From: Chara braunii
Lineage: Eukaryota > Plantae > Charophyceae
Assembly (NCBI GenBank): GCA_003427395.1
Contig: BFEA01000046.1
Span: 2,754,509-2,818,508 of the forward strand
DNA length: 64,000 nucleotides
Direction: 5' to 3'
The notes beneath the pieces are model-generated. The model made no database searches, was not told the origin of the DNA, and saw nothing but the letters and a program-made list of their open reading frames with translations. Below are positions 25,385 through 37,869 of the stretch, piece after piece. A program made the position numbers and the translations under genes. Within the stretch, counting starts at the first letter, position 1. Each line of letters starts with the position of its first letter.

Positions 25385-26315
25385 GGGAGGTCCCCATAAG
25401 TTTGGGGAAGCCGAGCGCTTTGTTTATTTTTGGGTTGTGTGGAGCCTCAGGCCGCTTTATATGTTTAGGTAGCCTGAAGCTCGGGAGGCTGGGATGTCCC
25501 CATAAGTTTGGGTATCCCCAAACTTATGGGGACATCCAGTGCAGTGAACTGTATGGAGAGTCAGGACGCTCTATAACTTTAGGTGACCTGACTGCTCTGA
25601 TTTGTGAGGGTTTGACTGTGAACGACTTTCAGGGACCCAAGGCGCTCTATAAGTTTAGGTATTTTGGGTTGCCCTGTTTTATTTGGGGTTTTCTCAGTTT
25701 CGTTGGTTATGAACGAGGAGGTCTGAACCGCTCTATAAGTTCGGGTGGTTCGGCTCCTCTCGTGTTTTGTTCTGAGGGGGTAATTTTGGCAGGGGACAGA
25801 CCGCTCTATAAGTTTAGGTAGCCTGGCCTATTGCCTCACACAGATTGGATCAGAGAGAAACGAACGTGGCAGGGGACCATATATGTTCCATAAGATTGGA
25901 TGGTCTGGCCCAATGCCTCGCACATGCTGGAACCCGAGAGGTTACAATTTGGCTATACTTTATTATTATTTTATCTACGAACAGGCTAGTCAGGCACGGG
26001 TTCCATAAGATTGGATGGCCTGGCTATAGCTTATCATAAGTTGAAGAGAGTACAACTTAGAGTATAACTGAAGGTAACCTGGACCGACTGAGCATTGTTT
26101 CTAAGATGAATGACTCAGTCCTACGCCTCTTTGAAAACTAAGTTCAGAGAGGTATATATAACTTGGGTATTAAATAGTTCAGGGCGACTAAGCATTGTTT
26201 CTAAGATGAATGGCTTAGTCATATGCCCAAAGGAAGAGAAAAATAGTTGTGCAGCCTGTTCGTGTATACTTGATGGTTGAGTCAGGCATGTTCCATAAGA
26301 TTGGACGGTCTGGCT
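25385..26315 (+). repeat. Array of stem-loops with conserved (C/T)ATAAG(T/A)TT-type loop inside the LTR
   Basis: About 12 motifs, each enclosed by its own inverted repeat, e.g. AGGAG..CTGAACCGCTC-TATAAGTTC-GGGTGGTTCGG-CTCCT (~25716) and GACTAAGC...GCTTAGTC (~26186). Homologous arrays at 9893..10025, 29205..30005 and 59140..59750 (minus strand). Confidence 0.75.
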
Positions 26316-29300
26316 TTATGCCTTATGTAAGCAGGTTATAAAGGGGTAAATCATTGAAAGATTATGAACTATTGTTTGCTTAGGTTGACTTGGGGATGGT
26401 AAGAGTACTTACCTTTGTGGTTTGGCCTGCGTGTGACTGAGTGAGGCTACTACTTGGTTTGAGTTTCAGTTGGATAGGTAGTTGCTTTAGTCGCTCGCTA
26501 CGTGCTAGAGCCATAGGAGTTAGTTTCAATTTCTGCATTTTTTTAGCTTAGTTTTTTACTTGGATCAATTTTCGCATTTTCTGGGATCTTTTGTTATACT
26601 TGGTATTGTATAAATTTTGGTACGGTACTTTCTCTACGGGAAGCGCTGCCGAAATTTTTACAAATCCAAGGAGTTGCTGCCAAAATCTTTGCTAATTCAG
26701 GGAGTTAAACAAAATTGGACTTTGGAAACTCAAAGGCTATTTCTGTTTTGATATTCGGGCTGATATAAATTTTGAAAAGACACTTTTCCTACGGGAAGCG
26801 CTGCCGAAATTTTCTTAGTTTAAAGGAGATAGACTATATTTTGACAGGTGGCGACTCTGGCGATCCACTCTGTATATGGGAGACTATGCTAGGGTGTGCC
26901 TTTGCTTTGGGCACTGCTTAAAGGTAGATTCAGGCTTAGTTAACTAAGAGGATTTGAGTGAGAATGTGTTATAAAGTTGTAGTCTCCATACACTTATGAT
27001 TTCAGCTTGGGGATTGGCCTGTCATGTGTTACAGGTCCTCTTGGTCGTTTGATTCAGGATTGAGACTAGTTTCATCTTGGTCCTACAAGGATCACATTCT
27101 GTTATCACTGATAACAGGTCGGTTGCCGATTCGTCGGTTTACGATTCAACTCCAATTCACTCCTGCCACTCAACCTAAAGGCTTTAGCCTTGTGATTTGA
27201 ACTGTTTTGTTGTCTTTTCACCTGGATTTTATTGAATGGCCATCCAACAAGAGTACTGAGTATTTATTTAAGAGTTGCACGAGTGAGGCTTGTATGGCTA
27301 GGGCGAGGGGTATGAGTGCAAAAAATGTTTGAAGTTGACTCCGTGTAGTACGTGCGCTTGTGTTGGACTTTTGATGTGATTGTAGGTATGTTTGTGGTTC
27401 AGACTCTGGATGTAACTGTCTGCGATTACATACATATATGGCTGAGAGGAGCCCCACTGTGACTGTGAGAAGTGATCGTCCTGTATAATTAACCCTTATA
27501 TATTATAAGTGCCCTGAGTGTTTGAGAGGCGACTGTGATTGTGCATAAGGGTTAACTAGATTGTGTCCTGAGAGAAGGGGGGTTCCCTTTTCACCCTTGC
27601 TTTTTAGAGTTTGTGTGGTTGGACGTTATAGTATGTGGCAGCCGTCAAAGTCAAACCCCTTGACTTCCGCCCAGGCCTGGAGTAGGTCTCATCTCCAGGG
27701 CAGTAAGAAGCGGATGCCACCACAGGTATGGACCTGTGTACCACCCACTCGGCACATGGTGCAGAAGAGGGTGTGTGGTGCTCAACCGCGCATGGCAGTT
27801 GTCCAGCGTCGAGAGATTAACCCTCAAGGCGCGTGTCAGTCGACACTTGAGTGTCGAACGCCACCCTCGAGACTAACGAGGACCGGGTGAGTATGGGTAC
27901 TACATAGTACGCCGTCATTGCGACCACTTGCATCCATTTGCATTGCGAGTCGATATGAGTTAGCCCTGCGTCCGCGCGGTTTTATATCAAGTTTCGCGCG
28001 CGACGCCTATCCGATTTCTGCGTCGAAAAGTTATGGGACGGCTACTGAAGGGACTAGGAGTGTTGTCGCGTTATTTGATGTGTGTGTGCGTGTGTTTTAT
28101 TTTTGTGTCGTAAAGTGGTGTGCGCGTGGTGTGTGGGATGCGTCCTAGTCGACCGACGACGAGCCGCGCTTAGGACTTCAGCCCCCCAAGATGTCGGTTC
28201 GCGTGCGGGCCCGATAGGCGTATTACCGCTCGTACCCCCTATGCTACAGCAAACGAGAAATGCCCTCGGCTGGTCCACCTTTGCGATTGCAACAGATTAG
28301 CTTTCGTACTGTGAACTGGTAGCTCGGCGGGGATACACCAACCGAAGGGAGGTGACAGCTCCCGTAAGGTGGAGGTAAGTTGTGCCTCGCGTAGGCCCTA
28401 TCCTGTCGTAGGGGCTCGCGAGAGGTATGGCTGGCGCACTCGGCCGGAGCGGCCTAAGGAAGCTCCATTTGTGTGTTCGCGGCAAGGTTGGTCCAACTCC
28501 TGCGTGACGCGGCCGAGAGGGTCCCGCGTCGCTATGTGCGGTGCCAGACCGATGCGATCGACAACGGTGTGATTTGTGGGTGTGATCAACTTATGCAAGG
28601 GGGTTACCGCTACAATTGGAAGGATCATTAGGGAGTCAATAGTCAATAGTTTGACTTCGGTTGACCAACACTTGCGCATGTTGGCCATTATTGCGGGACC
28701 CTCATGAGACTAAGAATTACAAGGCCATCTCCTGCGAGTTGAGTCAGTCCCACTCCTGTATCTCGAGAGTCTCAAACCTCTTATCTTCTGGCCTTCTTAC
28801 TCTCAGTCTAATCCTACTCAGAGAGGAAGGCGGCAGGCAGGATTGCAACTCATAGGACCGCATCAAGACTCTGTGGGGAGTCAACCCACCGATTGTGGGA
28901 GCTCTGCCGGAACTCAGGAGGAGTTTTGGAGGCAGGGAACTGAGACGTAAAGGTTTCGTCTTCCCTCTATAAACGCAGTACAGCCCCTACTTGTATTCAT
29001 TACTATGTTTGACTGAGTATGTTCCCTGTCTCCCTATTTTGACTTTCAGTTTGGCCTTTAGGACACAATCCAGACTAAGTTAAGGAATGATTGTGCAAAG
29101 TCTGTTTCAGTTTTATTTTGACTGAAAGAAGATTGTGGGATTGCATCTGGGGGAAAGGTGGAAGGAAGGCAATATTGCATGTTTGACTTGGTTCACCAAA
29201 GGCTAGGAGAGTCTCCAGAAGTTTAGAGGGCTCAGTGCTGTGTTTATTTTGGATTGTTTGGAGCATCAGACCATTTTATAAGTTTGGGTTGTCTGATTGC

Positions 29301-32300
29301 TCTGGAGGCTGGGAAGTCCCCATAAGATTGGGGAGACCCAGTGTTGTAAAATTGCATGGAGAGTCGGACCATTTTATAAGTTTAGATGGTTTGGTTGCTC
29401 TGACTTGCGAGGGCCGACTATAGTTGATCTTTTAGGAATCAGGCATTGTCCCATAAGTTTAGGTGGTTTGGTTGCCTTGTTTATTTTGGGTTTTTTCTGT
29501 TTCCTTTGGTTCTGAACGAGGAGGTTTGAGCATGTCTCATAAGTTTGGGTGACTCAACCTCTTCCTTCTTTGACTTTTAGAGAAATGAATCAGGCTGAGG
29601 ACAAAGACATGTTCCATAAGTGTTGGTGGTCTTGGTCCAACGCCCCACACATGCTGAAACCAGAAGGTTATAATTTGGTTAATTTTATTACTATTCTATC
29701 TATGGACAGGTTAGTCATACATGGTCCCATAAGTTTGGGTGGTCTGACTATAGCTTATCACCAACTGAAGAGAGTACTAATTAAGAATAAATTTGGGATG
29801 ATCGGTTAAGATGATCGGTTAAGTTATATGCTACATCAAAAGACTAAGTGCAGACAAGTATATAAAGTTGGGATATTTAAACAATCCAGGGTGACTAGGG
29901 TGGTCTAGTCATATGCCTAAAGAATAGAAAAATTGTTGTACCCTGTGTTTGTGTATACTCCATCACAGAGCTAGACATGTTCCATAAGTTCGGGTGGTCT
30001 AGTTTTATTTCTTGTGTAAGCTGGGTATAAAGGTGTAAATTATTGAAAGACTACGAACTATCGTTTGATAAGGTTAACTCGGGCTGGTGAGAGTACTCAA
30101 CTTTGTGGCTTGGTTTTATGTGTGGCTGAGTGAAATCACTACTTCGTCTGAGTTCAGATTGACAGGTAGTTGCTTTAGTTGCTCGCCACGTGCTATAACG
30201 ATAGAAGTTAGTTCAATTTCTGCATTTTCCTGAGCTAACTTAATTTTACTTAGATCAATTCTCGCATTTTCTGGGATCTTTTATTATACTTGGCTTTGTA
30301 TAAATTTTGGTAAGCTACTTCCTCTACGGGAAGTGTTGCCGAAATTTCTGCAAATCCAAGGAGTTTGTCAAATTTTAACTTTTCAAAGTTCAACTTGTCT
30401 AAAGTTCATATATGACTTAGTAAAAATCTGGAAAGTCTCCTTTTCTAAAGGGAGTGCTGCCAAAATTTTTGGTAATTTAGGGAGTTAGACAAAATTTGAC
30501 TTTGAAAGGTTGAATATTATTTCTGTTTTCAGACTGATATAAATTCTGGAAAGACACTTTTCCTACGGGAAACGCTGCCGTAATTTTCTTAGTTTAGAGG
30601 AGATAAATTACATTATGACAGGTGGTGATTCTGATAACCCACTCTATATGGGGGATATTTTGTCATAGGTCTACCTTTCTTTAGCCACCGCCTTAGAGGT
30701 AGACCTAGGCTTGGTTATTAGGAGAGTCTTGAGTAAGAATGTGTCATGGGAATTTGATCTCCATAGTTTGACGATTTAGCTTGGACGTTGACCAGTCGTA
30801 TGATACATGTCTTCTTTGGACATTCGATCCAGGATTTGGACTAGTTTCAGTCTGATCTCACGAGGATCATCTTCTGTTATCACTGATAACAAGTCGGTTG
30901 GTTGATCGCCGACTTGTCGGCTCACCACACAACTTTGCTTATACATGTGCCTCAACTTGGTTGCCTTAGCCCTGAGATTTGATATGTTTCCTTGAAAGTT
31001 TTAACCGGACTTCTTTTAAATGGCCATTATAAAGAATTTATTAGGTTTATGGAAAGTTGAACTATGACTCGGGCTTGAGTGTGTGAGGCATGGTGTGAGT
31101 TACAGGCAAAAGTAAAGTTGACCACATTAGTGTATGACAATGTGGCTATTGTGTGTGTCTGTGTTTTATGCAGGTTAGTATTTAGGAGCTTGGTTTATGG
31201 GCCATACTTTGGAGGCAGTGAGAATGACAACAATGTATCGCACAATCTGCATACCTGATGGATTTATGTTTTCCCCTTCTTTTGTTGTTATCTCGAGTCC
31301 TGATTTGATATATGAGGGTTTGGGTGTTTGTTTATTGATTGATTTTGCTTGTTAATTTTTATAGTTGGACGTTGTAGTCCGTGGTAGCCGTCAAAGTCAA
31401 ACCCCTTGACTTCTTCCCTGACCCTGGATGATGGAGTCGGTCTTCAGGGTAATAAGAGACGATTGTCACCACAGGTATGAACCTGTGTACCACCCACTCT
31501 TCGCAGGATGCAGAAGAGGGTGTGGTGTTCAACCACACTTGGCGGTTGTCCAGCGTCGAGAGATTAATCCCTCAAGGCGTGTGTCAGCCGACACTTGAGT
31601 GTCGAATGCGACCCTCAGGATTAACGAGGACCGCATGAGTATGGGTACTACATAGTATGTCATCATGACGACCCCTCGCGTAAGCTAGCATTGCGAGTCG
31701 ATATTAGTTAGCCCTGCATCCGCTCGGTTTTATACGAAGTCTCGCGAGCATCGCCTATCCGATCTCCGCATTGGAGAGTTACGGGATGGCTACTAAGGGA
31801 CTAGGAGTGTTGTCGCGTTGTTTGTTCTGCGTCGTTCTGTATATATGTGTGTGCGTATGCTTTTATTTTTTTTATATATGCTCTTTATAGTGGTGTGCGC
31901 ATGGAGTGTGGGATGCGTCCTAGTCAACCGCTGACGAGTCGTGCTTGGCACCTCAGCCCCCTAAGGTGTCGGTTCGCGTGCGAGTTCGATAGAGGCGTAA
32001 TACCACACGTACCCCCCATGCTACATCGAACGAGAAACGCCATCGGTTGGTCCACCTCTGCGATTGTAGTTGATCAGCTTTCGTACTGTGGACTGGTAGC
32101 TCGACGGGGATACGCCCACCGAAGGGAGGTGACAGCTCCCGTAAGGTGGAGGTAAGTCATGCCTCGCGTAGGCCCTATCCTATCGTAAAGGCTCGCAAGA
32201 GGTATGGCTGGCGCACTCGGTCGAAGAGGATTGCGGAAACTCCATGTACATTCGCGACGAGGATTTAAACCAGCTCCTGCGTGACGAGGCCAGGAGGATC

Positions 32301-32340
32301 CCGCACTACCTTGTGCGGTGCCGGACCGATGCACTCGACA

Positions 32341-33577
32341 GTGTGGTGTGAGTTACAGGGAACAGTAAAGGTGACCACATTGGTGTATTGCAATGTGGCT
32401 ATTGTGTGTGCCTGTGTTTTATGCAGGTTAGTATTCTTGGAGCTTGGTATTTGGGCCATATTTTAGAGGCAGTAAGAATGTTAACCATGTGTCGCATGAT
32501 TAGCATAGCTGATGGGTTTATGTTTTCCCTTCTTTTATTTTGTCTAGAGTTCTGACTTGATATACGAGTGTTGGGTGTTTACTTATTTACTGATTGATTT
32601 TGCTTATTAATTTTTATAGTTGAACGTTGTAGTCCGTCGCAGCCGTCAAAGTCAAACCCCTTGACTTTCTTTCAAGCCCTAGATGATAGAGTTGGTCTCA
32701 AGGGCAATAAGAGACAATTGTCACCACAGGTATGAAACTGTGTACCACCCACTCTCCGTAGGGTGCAGAAGAGGGTGTGTTTCTCAACTGCGCTTGGCAG
32801 TTGTCCAGTGTCAAGAGATCAATCCCTCAAGGCACCTTAGTGTCGAGTGCGACCATCGAGATTAACAAGGACCACATGGGTAGGAGTACTACCTAGTACG
32901 CCATCATTACGAATGCTTGTGGATGATTGCATTGCTAGTCGATATGAGTAGGCCCTGCGTTCGCTCGGTTTTATACTAAGTCTCACGTGTGATGCCTATA
33001 TGATTTCCACGGTGGAAAGTTATGGGATGGCTACCGAGGGACTAGGTGCGTTATCACGTTGTTTGTTTTGTGTCGTTTCGTGTATGCGTATGTGTGTGCG
33101 CGTTTTTATTTTTATGCTCTTTATAGTGGTGTGCGTGTGGCGTGTGGGATGCGTCGTAGTCGACCGGCGTTCAGTCGCACTTGGGACCTTAGCCCCCCAA
33201 GATGTCGGTTCGCATGCGGCTTCGATAGAGGTGTATTATCGCGCGTACCCCCTATGCTACAACGAACGAGAAACGGCCTCGGCTGGTCCACCTCTCGGAT
33301 TGCAACTTATCAACTTTCTTAATGTGGACTGGTAGCTTGGCAGGGATACGCCCACCGAAGGGAGGTGACAACTCCTATAAGGTGGAGGTAAATCGTGCCT
33401 CGCGTAGGCCCTATCCTATCGTAGGGGCTTGCGAGAGGAATGGCTGGCGCACTCGGTCGGAGCATCTTGCGGAAGCTCCATATGCATTTTGTGACGAGGC
33501 TTCAGACCAACTCTTGCGTGACGCGGCCGGGAGGGTCCCGTGCGGCCCTGTGCAGTGTCGGACCGATGCGCTCGACA
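32341..33577 (+). mobile_element. 3' terminal 1.24 kb of another giant LTR (probable host of copy 2)
   Basis: Diverged copy of 31088..32340. Ends CCGATGCGCTCGACA, followed by ACGA. Confidence 0.8.
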
Positions 33578-34530
33578 ACGATATATCCCGAAGTGTTTTC
33601 AAATTTCGTTATTGAAATCCACTTCGGGATTTTCGGGATTTTACCGAGTTCGGTTTATACGATTTATCCGAAGTGTTTTCGGGATTTCGTTATCGAAATA
33701 CACTTCGGGATTTTCGGGATTTTACCGAGTCTCGTTTCAACGTTATGTCGCAAAGTGTTTTCGAAAATTTTGTTATCGAAATACACTTCGGATCTATGAG
33801 ATTTCGCTAAGTCTCGTTTGTATGTTATATCCCCCTGGTGTGTTTTCGGGATTTCGTTACCAAAAAATACTTCGGGATTTTCGGGATTTTAGCGAGTCTT
33901 GTTTCCACGTTATATCCCGAAGTGTTTTCGGGATTTCGTTATCGAATTGCACTTCGGGATTTTCAGGATTCTACTAAGGTCCTTTTCTATGTTATGTTCC
34001 GAAGTGTCTTCTGGATTTCGTTATGGAAATACAGTTTGGGATTCTTGTAAATTAGTTAGTGTTGTTTTTACATTATATTCCGAAGTGTTTTTCGGATTTC
34101 GTTACCGAAACACACTTCAAGATTTTGGGATTTTACTAAGTGTAATCTCTTCTTTATATCCCGAAGTGTTTTCGAGATTTCGTTGCCGAAATACACTTCG
34201 GGATTTTACTAAGTCTTGTTTCTATGTTATATCCCGAAGTGTTTTCGGAATTTCATTAACAAAATACACGTCGGGATTTTTCGTACATTAGTTAGTGTTG
34301 TTTTTATATTATATCTCGAAGTGTTTTCGGGATTTCGTTACCTAAATACACTTCAGGATCTTAGGGATTTCACTAAATCTCTCGTTTCTACAAGATATCC
34401 CGAAGTGTTTTTTGGATTTCGTTCCGAAATACACTTCGGGATTTTTATGATTTAGAAAGTCTCGTTGTTTCGTTATATCCTGAAGTGTTTTGGGGATTTC
34501 GTTATCGAAATACACTTCGGGATTTTTGGA
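33578..34530 (+). repeat. Array of palindromic ~80-bp units (left subterminal array)
   Basis: Unit core ATCCCGAAGTG-TTTTCGGGATTTCGTTATCGAAATA-CACTTCGGGAT, with an 11-bp inverted repeat, repeated about 12 times. Confidence 0.92.
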
Positions 34531-34561
34531 ATATACTGATCCCAGTTCAGTGCGTGTGCAC

Positions 34562-34564
34562 GAG

Positions 34565-34632
<68 letters not shown>
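34562..34632. repeat. (GATA)n-(GA)n microsatellite
   Basis: Direct reading. Confidence 0.95.
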
Positions 34633-34633
<1 letters not shown>

Positions 34634-35311
34634 CTATTCGATGGTGTTGCTATTGTATAAAGCCTTGTTTGTTGATGCACTGAATAACTTTTGCCGAGGA
34701 AGTTTTTTTATTGGGCTAGGTGTATTCTGATCTTTAAATGATTGCTAGTGCGCATGTGCTTAGCTTTTTCTTTGTGATTAAGTAACACTTGCTCAATGCC
34801 ACAGCGGTCCACCCTGCAAGTAGGTGGAAGAGTACGGTCTGATTGAAATCTGAGTACCTGGTCCGTAACTTGGTTACAACTTAGTATCATAATGCAGTGC
34901 TACCTGAATCTAAGAAGGTACTCTCTGGCTTGGCTATAAATAAGTGTTGGCATTTTACTTAATGTTTTTTTATACAAAGTATAAATGGTCTGCAAAGCAA
35001 GTGTGTACCGAGTTGTGTTACCAGCAAGGTCAATGTGGCATGTGTTCTTATGCAAATTTAAAAAATTGTGAAAACGTTAAGGGGGAATCCCAAAAATTCT
35101 GAGAAAAAATCAATGTCATGCAAAATTCTAAACCGAAGAACTTTTGGCTGAGGATTATGTGAAAATCCATTATAAAAAAAAAAATTATTGAAAATTTAAA
35201 AATAAAAATTTAAATAGAGGGGAAAAAATATATATAAAAATAAAAATAGAGGAATATTTTCATGCCCGGTCGGGCGTCCAGGCGTGACGCTCAGGGTACC
35301 CAGTCATGCAA

Positions 35312-35314
35312 TTT

Positions 35315-35367
<53 letters not shown>

Positions 35368-35387
35368 TTTTTTTTTTTTTTTTTTTA
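35312..35387. repeat. (TTTA)n / poly-T microsatellite
   Basis: Direct reading. Confidence 0.95.
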
Positions 35388-37869
35388 TGCGTATTCCCAG
35401 AGGACCCAAAATCCGGGCTCTTCCCTTTTTTTTTACAACTGGGTGCGCGGGCGCCAAAAAAAACAACCTAGGTACTAAATTATATTATATACCTTCACAC
35501 ACTTTTAACCTGTTTGTGCTATAGACCCGTTGGTGAGATATCACAAAATTCAAACATACATGTATAATGTGTTAGACTTTTCTTATATTTTGTTTTCTGT
35601 TATGGTATATTCTTCTTTTGTTTATGTTGTCGTTTTCTGTTATGGGACAAAATTGCTTTATCATGGTAGAAGGCCCCACGCACCAATCGACTACCATCCT
35701 TCCTCCCTTCTTACCTTTACTAGCTGACAAGGCATGATATGCTAGGGCAACTAGAGAAGCAACCAAAGAATCATTTTCAAATAAAAAACCTACAACCGAA
35801 GTTACTTTAAAATTAGTTATAGACAACAGCGGACGCGCAACAACAACACTTGCTCATTCTTCCTACTTCACGCAAGATAATTGTAGATTTATCGACAATG
35901 CACACACACATTAGCGATGCTGCGAGCACAAATAAATCGATCTAGTTGGAATGTATTGTCTGCAAGGTCGCAATTCATTTAGGAGATGTTGTTCCTTACT
36001 GCTTAATGAAGTACGTCCATATTCTGACAAATGTTTTAGGCCTTCTCCACATCACATAGTAACATTTTCCAGACAATCATCCCATTATGCATGCATCAAA
36101 GAGCCATCATCAAGGTAACCATGGATGCAAAACGGCATAACGAAGATACGAATAAGACCAAGTACAACAAGACCAACAGATCAAGCAATCCATGCAACCA
36201 GTCTCTATGCATTTCAACTAACCTGCACATACCCTCACCAAGAGGATTAAAAACTAACCCAAATACGCAATAACTTACTACAGGGGACTATTCCAATCAA
36301 CAAACCTCCTTATATACCATATCATCCAAGTCATATCTGGAAGAGAAGGAGCATTGACATGTCACAGCGCAAACCAGAAGAGAACGCAATACCAAACCTC
36401 TGAATGGGATGCGTTGGTATAGAACACGGGTGACCGTCAATTAGAACACGGCCTGCCTTGGCAGTGGAGAAGGGGGGGAAGGGACAAAGCAGGGTGCACA
36501 CACACAAAGGAACATGTACAAAGTCTCTCGTAGACAATGATCAGCAAAGACCCGCAGAGCGGGATGTCAAATAGGAAGAAGTAACATCATGGAGGTCCTA
36601 TCCCGTCGCCTTCCACTATCGCCCCAACAAAGCCTACAAATCGTCAAACGTTCCGACAAAATTGGCAGTGTTTTCAAACAGCACCAATACTCGCAAGTAA
36701 CAATACGTAAGACCTTCACTGACGGCCACTCAATGCCTTGAAGAGAAGCAGCAACAAGCTCGAACACAACAACCGCAACAACCAAAAGTAAGACAATTTT
36801 TCTGCTAAAGACAACCTGCAGCTATCCGCTGGAGGGTCAACAGAAGTGTGTTGAAAAAAACAATAATTCGCCTTTCAATCACAACAATAAGTTGCTCACA
36901 TCTTAGTTGCAATTTGTTGTCTGAAGACTTAGTAGCAAATCACCTGAAACAGAGCGGTAGCCCTGCTGCTCAAGAGAAAGCCAGCAGCTTCACAAAGCCC
37001 CACTCAAGAGTAATCTCTGGTGCCGTACGTGAGTAACACACAGGTTGCACGAACACTAATAAACATTCTCAAAACGACGAAGAAGCAGCAGTGAGAACGA
37101 TGCATCCATAGCCGAAGTAGCTGCCCATATTGACTAGTTGCATCTCATGATATTCGAGTTCGCCCTCGTGTTACCTTCGTTTTTCTCACTGCAGTTTTCT
37201 TCGTTTGTATTTAAGACCTTGGCGTTTGATCTTGTCAGCATATGTGATGTTTTTTTTTCTCATGGTCAATTTGACAGATAATTGACAGAAAAAAGTTCAA
37301 CCTTATTCTTTTAACGTACCTGTATCAATACAGATCCAAAATGATAGTTACCATTGGAGTAAGTTGAGGGTAAATTTTACCTGCAGCAACACAGCTAGAT
37401 TTTTACACATTTTTTTCCCACCGTTTTTTATTTGATTCTAAATCTGTTTATTTTTTTTTTATAATTTTTCTTTGTTTTTTATTTTAATTTTGCACTTCGA
37501 CCCTTAATCTTTTATCTTTTTTTCCATAATTTTGGTATTTGTTTTTATATTATTGTTTTAATACACATAAGGATCTGTTCTCAAAATATCACTAAATATA
37601 TTTTGAATTTGCTCATATGCTGAACAAAAAACTTGAAAAAAGAGAAAAAAAAGATAATTTTTTGTGTCGTCAGGCTAGTACATATTGTATTTAACTATTT
37701 TTAATTGTTACCTAATTTGTTTTCCACCGTTATTTTTATAAGATTCCAATTTTGTCTTAAAAAAAAAAAAATCCTTTGTTCTTAATTTTAATTTCACACT
37801 TCCACCTTTAATGTTGTACCTGTTTCTTTTTTTATTTCAATTTTTGTATCCGTTTTTTTTTTTGTTTTT

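Larger units (their letters stand above)
21094..28563 (+). mobile_element. About 7.2-kb solo LTR of the giant-LTR family with ACGG TSD
   Basis: TGTCGGCGCGAATACCCTTACAAGGG...CCGATGCGATCGACA is flanked by ACGG at 21090..21093 and 28564..28567. The empty site GAAGACGGTGT is at ~9245. The 3' half is homologous to 28568..32340; the 5' half is unrelated apart from the terminus. Confidence 0.88.
13774..32340 (+). mobile_element. Giant LTR copy 2 (about 6.7 kb after removing two nested insertions); 3' LTR of the gag-only element
   Basis: Starts TGTCGTATCAAATACCCTTACAAGGG and ends CCGATGCACTCGACA, giving a 5-bp terminal inverted repeat TGTCG/CGACA. The pieces 13774..15046, 19451..21093 and 28568..32340 rejoin across the TSDs and match copy 1. 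Confidence 0.85.

Noticed and set aside
28330-28370. GATAC...GGTGACAGCTCCCGTA resemblance to LSU rRNA or group II intron loops
   Set aside because: Only a short loop motif, with no extended similarity to rRNA or intron domains.
31932-31990. CTGACGAG as a hammerhead ribozyme core (retrozyme idea prompted by the 4-bp TSDs)
   Set aside because: Not conserved in the homologous copies, and no correctly placed GAAA.
32341-32363. GTG-TGGTGTGAG... after an LTR end as a tRNA primer-binding site
   Set aside because: The same sequence is internal to other LTR copies (31091; ~57790 minus).
34640-37860. Host gene or transposase exons inside the CACTA-like element
   Set aside because: No ORF or motif could be recognised by eye.
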